This document shows positions 59,209 to 64,000 of a DNA stretch of 64,000 nt, piece after piece. Under the pieces are notes generated by a model that made no database searches, had not been told where the DNA came from, and saw nothing but the letters and a program-made list of their open reading frames with translations. The stretch is from Eukaryota sp. TZLM1-RC (taxonomy: Eukaryota; Protista; Metamonada: BaSk clade): positions 3,038,001 through 3,102,000 of the forward strand of contig JAUPSS010000003.1 of assembly GCA_040285825.1 (NCBI GenBank). Direction: 5' to 3'. Position 1 is the first letter of the stretch. Each line of letters begins with the position of its first letter. The position numbers were made by a program, and so were the translations under genes.

Positions 59209-59832
59209 ATTTATTTATTTTCTACGAAGAATCAAATAGAACAAACTAAAACACATAAGAAACTAAATTCTCCACGCCAACTCTTGATGAATCCTTATAA
59301 AGTTTAGACATCATTAAACTCAAGTACTTGGGAACACTTCTGTACAAAGCGAAAATGATACGATTTTTCCATAAATTCTCTGCAAAATTCTTACCACTTG
59401 AACGACATAAATTACCAAAATCATTGATGAAATTCAAGGCGGATTGTCCAATGTTGCCAAAAATCGAAAAGGCAAAAGGAACAAACGAAAACTTCGAATA
59501 AAGGTTCTTATTTAAATCATTTAATATCTCAGTATATTTATCTCTCTTACGATCTTCAGCCTTGTTCAAATGACCATTAGTACTAAGTAAAACATCATCG
59601 CGATAAACCAAAGCAAAGGGATCAACTGTAGTGAAATCAACAACAACTTGAGAGGAATCCACAAAAGGAGCAATTAAATCACCTCGACGTGAATTAAAAA
59701 GATTATCATCACTATAATGCTTCAACAAAGGTTCTACTTTGCAACTAAAATTGTAACACTTGAACATCTCATATGTCACATCACGAACGGCATTATGAAG
59801 AACTGACCTATATTGGAGAAATTTCTTACAGC
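59209..59832 (-). mobile_element. 5'-truncated family D RLE non-LTR element
   Basis: Homologous to 47537-48160; (TAAA)n tail; 19-bp TSD TCCAGTTTTTTATTTATTT at 59190-59208 and 59833-59851. Confidence 0.9.
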
Positions 59833-59906
59833 TCCAGTTTTTTATTTATTTTTTTTATTTGCTAATACATTTTGGATAGATTTCCAACTCTATATCAACC
59901 TAAATC

Positions 59907-61964
59907 ATGTTCTCCAACTTCTTCTCCAAATTCGTACAGGGCACGTCATTCCCTTACACAATTCGAGAAACCTATTACGAGTCATCACATAGTTGGAAAC
60001 TATGCATTTGTAATCATTCAAGTAGCACACAATCACTGACTGCAATTCAGCTAAACCATGAGTTTTCAAACAAAGAAGATGCTTCTGAAGCACACAAACT
60101 AATGATTAAGTACCGTCATCCATTTCTCTCCCCTGTTATCGATGTATCGTCCACTTCATCTACCTACACTATTGTCACCTCTCTCTTCATCCCATTATCC
60201 TTGTTTTTGAATGATGGTGAAATGCGGAGGTTATCAATACCACATGCAGAGCTTTTCTCACACATCTGCTCAGAATACACGTCATCAGCTGCTATTTTTG
60301 ACCTTCTGATACGTCATCTTTTCGAGTCACTTTCCTTTGCCCATTCCAATGGTCTCGTCATTTTCTCCTCTTGTCAGACCCCAATTGAAGCCGCTTCTCT
60401 CCTTTGTCTTACACTATCGGGTCAATTAGTTATTTCCACCGTTGGACTGACCTCTCCTGAAAGTAACCGTCTCGACAAGATGATTGCCCATGATTATAAA
60501 ATGATTGGTGACGTCATTAGTCTCGTTCAGTCAAGATTTTCCACAAGATTCAACAAGAAATTATTGAGATTAGGAAGTTTAATGAAGCAGAGTAACGGAG
60601 ATGTTTCTATTTTTGGAGATCTATTAGAGTCTTTGGCGGTCAAGGAATTTGATCTTTTTGACCGATTGATGACGTTATCAGTGATTGCGCCACGTGGAAG
60701 GTTTATTTTGTTGAAAGAAATATTAGAAAAATCTTGTGTTTTCCCATCAAATTTGATTGGTTATAGTATTATTTCTTCCTTACTCTCAGCAGTTGATTCT
60801 CCATCTTTGAATGATGACGTGGATGATGATGTGACCATCAAGAATAAAGGAGACCGGAAGTTCATTATGACTGTCATTTTTGATCTTGTGGATAAGATTA
60901 AAGCTAGAAATCAATGTGATTTGATCGTTGATGATGTGATAACACGTCATGTAATTCCCACTGTAGAGTCGATACTTTCTGATCAGAATTTGATTGAACC
61001 AAAAATAATTCCAATATGCCATTCCATATCCAGATTGAGCAATTATTGTAATTTTGAACCAGGTTTGCGTTGTATCTTCAAAAACCTTTGTACTTTGGTT
61101 TTAAATCCAAAACTATCCTTTCCTGTACATTCCAGTGCCTCAAAAGCATTGATATCGCTCTCTGTAGCTCATAATCTAACGTCATCAATCAAATCTGATC
61201 TCAATCGAGTAGTGATTAGATTGATCAATGATAAGAATTTACAATTAAAATCTTTGGGCTTGGTTTTGGCGTCAAAGACTATGGACTTGATTAATTCAAA
61301 GTGTGTGAATCTAATGTGTTCAGTTATTGCTAAAATTAATCTAGAATCTGCCCCCTCTCACGTGTTAACTGCCGTTTGTGTGTTGTGCCAGTCCATGTCT
61401 CAATCAGATTTGATTGATTGCGGATTGATTGTCGCTTCTCTACTTCCAACTGTTTCAAAACTTTCACTGAGTGTTGATTACGCATTGGCAAAGTCTTCTG
61501 TTTCAGCAATGAAGTCCTTGGTTCTGAGACTAGAAGAAGATGTCGAAAAGAGGAAGGAAATGAATCAGGATGAGCAACAGGAAGTGAGTGAATCAGAAGA
61601 GGAAGTTGATGATGTGATTGATGACGTGATTGATGACGTGGTACTTGAAGAAGATCAGAAATCAGAATCAAATTTAATTGACGTCGACCCGGAAGGTTGG
61701 TTTGATGGTGATGATTTCCTATCAGATGATGGTGTACTCGATCAAACAACATCTTTGAAGGTCAAAAGTCCACAAAAGTCTCCTATTCTTGAACCTTCAC
61801 TGCCCAAAGTTGTAGAACCTGAACGACCAAAAATCACTGAGACTTTCTCTGACTTTGATTGGACTGATGACGTGGCCCCTGTCAAACCCAAAGCTGTCAA
61901 CACACTGAGTCTTAAAAGAAAAGGAAGAAGATTAGGCGCGGTCAGGGTGTCTCCTAATTGCTGA
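59907..61964 (+). CDS. SCYL1/Cex1-like pseudokinase with HEAT repeats and acidic tail
   Basis: FPYTI..SWKL..KYRHP N-terminus without catalytic kinase motifs, helical repeats, acidic C-terminus ending RRLGAVR. Confidence 0.7.
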   Translation: MFSNFFSKFVQGTSFPYTIRETYYESSHSWKLCICNHSSSTQSLTAIQLNHEFSNKEDASEAHKLMIKYRHPFLSPVIDVSSTSSTYTIVTSLFIPLSLFLNDGEMRRLSIPHAELFSHICSEYTSSAAIFDLLIRHLFESLSFAHSNGLVIFSSCQTPIEAASLLCLTLSGQLVISTVGLTSPESNRLDKMIAHDYKMIGDVISLVQSRFSTRFNKKLLRLGSLMKQSNGDVSIFGDLLESLAVKEFDLFDRLMTLSVIAPRGRFILLKEILEKSCVFPSNLIGYSIISSLLSAVDSPSLNDDVDDDVTIKNKGDRKFIMTVIFDLVDKIKARNQCDLIVDDVITRHVIPTVESILSDQNLIEPKIIPICHSISRLSNYCNFEPGLRCIFKNLCTLVLNPKLSFPVHSSASKALISLSVAHNLTSSIKSDLNRVVIRLINDKNLQLKSLGLVLASKTMDLINSKCVNLMCSVIAKINLESAPSHVLTAVCVLCQSMSQSDLIDCGLIVASLLPTVSKLSLSVDYALAKSSVSAMKSLVLRLEEDVEKRKEMNQDEQQEVSESEEEVDDVIDDVIDDVVLEEDQKSESNLIDVDPEGWFDGDDFLSDDGVLDQTTSLKVKSPQKSPILEPSLPKVVEPERPKITETFSDFDWTDDVAPVKPKAVNTLSLKRKGRRLGAVRVSPNC

Positions 61965-62639
61965 GTTTATGATCTTCATTAAGTTTCAATGCAATAGTGG
62001 AAGTTTTATAAAATACAATGGACTTAATACGTTTTGTTTTCTCCAAGGACTAGACTATATGTACGTTTAAACAACTATTTCTTTGTCATCTTGTTGAAAG
62101 AAACTTTTAGTATTGGCTTAATATCTGTGATTCTTATATTGTATATTGTATGACCTTTTGAGTTTCCACGAATCAGCGTAAAGATTATGAAATATACCTT
62201 TACTTCAAATGAACTGGTTTGGCTTGAATAGTACATATTTATTGAATAAATTTGTCAACTTTGATCATCACAAAAGAAATAACAACACCAAAAAATTTCA
62301 TTGAAACTTCCCTAAACATTTTTGGCATATTGAAACTAATGTATCAATTAACTAAACTATTAATGGTAATCTATTGATTATGGTAATTTCGATACAGGAT
62401 TTTTATCGTTTGGTATTGTTTTATTCAAACTCTAATGCAGAATCACACTTCCAATATTTCAAAGTCTTACCTCATCTTTATTCATCCTCCATAACCGCAA
62501 ACTTCGTAGATTTTATTGAGGTTAACTTAAGGTTTTTCAGCACGAAGTACTCAAATGTGAATTTTCCTGGATCCAATTACATCTTGAGTCGAATTGAGTT
62601 CGTGCTTGGGTTAGAGTCGTGTGAGAGTCAGATAGCAAC

Positions 62640-64000
62640 TTGAATTTTCAATGCTGTTATAGACCAACTATATGCTATGTGCAAAAGTCATCACATTCAG
62701 AAGTTTAATAAAAGAAGGAGCGGGAAAAGAATTGAACTTCAATTTCTGGCAAAATAGAATTGTTTTCAGTATTCTCAAAGCAATTCCAGAAATATTGACA
62801 AAAGCACTGTTACAATTAGGCATAGAATATGAAAACCGCGCGCTTAAAAGAAGATTTGATGAGCTTGGACGAGTGTATTGAGGAAATTGAGTTCTAGTTT
62901 TTTTATTGTTTTGTTAGAGTTGGAATATTATAGCAGTATGATAATAGGAATTTCGTGTATCAAAGAGCCCCTGCTGAAGGAAACACTTTCTCTGAATAAT
63001 TATGGTTCTGATGATAGAGGTGATGTATACTGTGATTGGATTGATAATTCTGAAGCTATTGTTGACTTTGTCTCATGGAATGTTGCAAATGATACTTTGG
63101 TTCACAGAAGTAAACTTAATCCTGTGACTGCTCTTGATTTTAAAGCAAATGAGAAACATAGAAAATATGATAAAGATATTGAAGAAGCTAATGTCGATAG
63201 AAATACACAGCTGGTTTTTATTGCTTTCCCATTTTCGATAAATAAAAGATTATCAGATGAAGCAGAAACTTTTTTGAATGACTTCCAAAAAATGGTGCAA
63301 GAAAAAACAATGAAAAGATTTGATATTTTTTTGGCGTTCACGGATTCAATTTGCCATTATTAATAGATTATCTCGGTTTTTCAGTCGAATAAGAGAAGCT
63401 TTAGCTAGACAGCAAGCAGATCAAGATTTTGTAGAGGAAATCTTGGTTCAATGATAGTCGTCCCATTAGTTATGAGTTAATTTAATTAAGTGTGCAAATT
63501 CAATAAATAGATCTTTCTAAAAAACAATTCAAAAATACAAAGAATCATTGTATTTGTGTACTTCAAGTATGCAAAAAACAACTGATTCGACATCAATAAT
63601 CGGCGTATTGTACTTAGTATATTTACTTAGTTATTCATCATCTACTATTGTAGAATGAGTTGATGTTATAGAAATTAACCAAAGTTATATCCATCTGATG
63701 CAATTCGTCAGTCAGGTTCTTTTTAGGCAAACATGATGAAATCTCCAAACAATTATTTGAAAAATTGCATATTCTTTCTGACAAAATTGACCAAATGATG
63801 AAATTGGAAGTGCAGAAATCTATTACATTTATCATAATGAAACTCTGTTATAATTCAAATTTCAATCATATATTTCGATCTATGAATCCTCCTACTCTAG
63901 ACCTGTGGCCCAAAAGTTTATTGAAGTGCGTGCTAAAATATTGTTTCAACTGATAGGTTGTAAAATGTAACAAATTCCAGATCATGCATATCTAAGTCCA
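62640..64000 (+). mobile_element. Stack of family C and family B non-LTR fragments
   Basis: DQLYAMCKSH / NFWQNRIVF (family C), KEPLL..DDRGD..DFVEEILV (family B, 62950-63510), FLGKHDEI..FNHIFRS (family B, 63700-64000). Confidence 0.75.

Overview
AT-rich, gene-compact eukaryotic (protist-type) DNA, about two thirds transposon-derived. Host genes: La protein, Ulp1/SENP protease, Vps41, cytidine deaminase, an SDR oxidoreductase, a CDK10/11-like kinase, an aromatic-acid-exporter/FUSC-like membrane protein, an IQCE-like coiled-coil protein, a DUF3782-like PD-(D/E)XK nuclease, a SCYL1/Cex1-like pseudokinase, two small membrane proteins and tRNA-Ala(AGC). Two tiny (27 and 29 nt) GT-AG introns are evident. 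Mobile elements: at least five families of CRE-clade-like RLE non-LTR retrotransposons (mostly 5'-truncated, many with readable TSDs, several nested), two Ty3/Gypsy elements (one full-length with identical 154-bp LTRs and a chromodomain), solo LTRs, a hAT-like non-autonomous element and MITEs. Most notable are four decayed Fanzor (eukaryotic TnpB) genes. One (about 31140-34755) appears to be an in-frame fusion of the N-terminal and 3'-5' proofreading exonuclease half of a family-B DNA polymerase to a complete Fanzor1. It is followed by a structured omega-RNA-like tail and lies in a cluster with two other Fanzors and a degenerate hammerhead ribozyme. All family assignments come from motif recognition by eye; no database searches were run.
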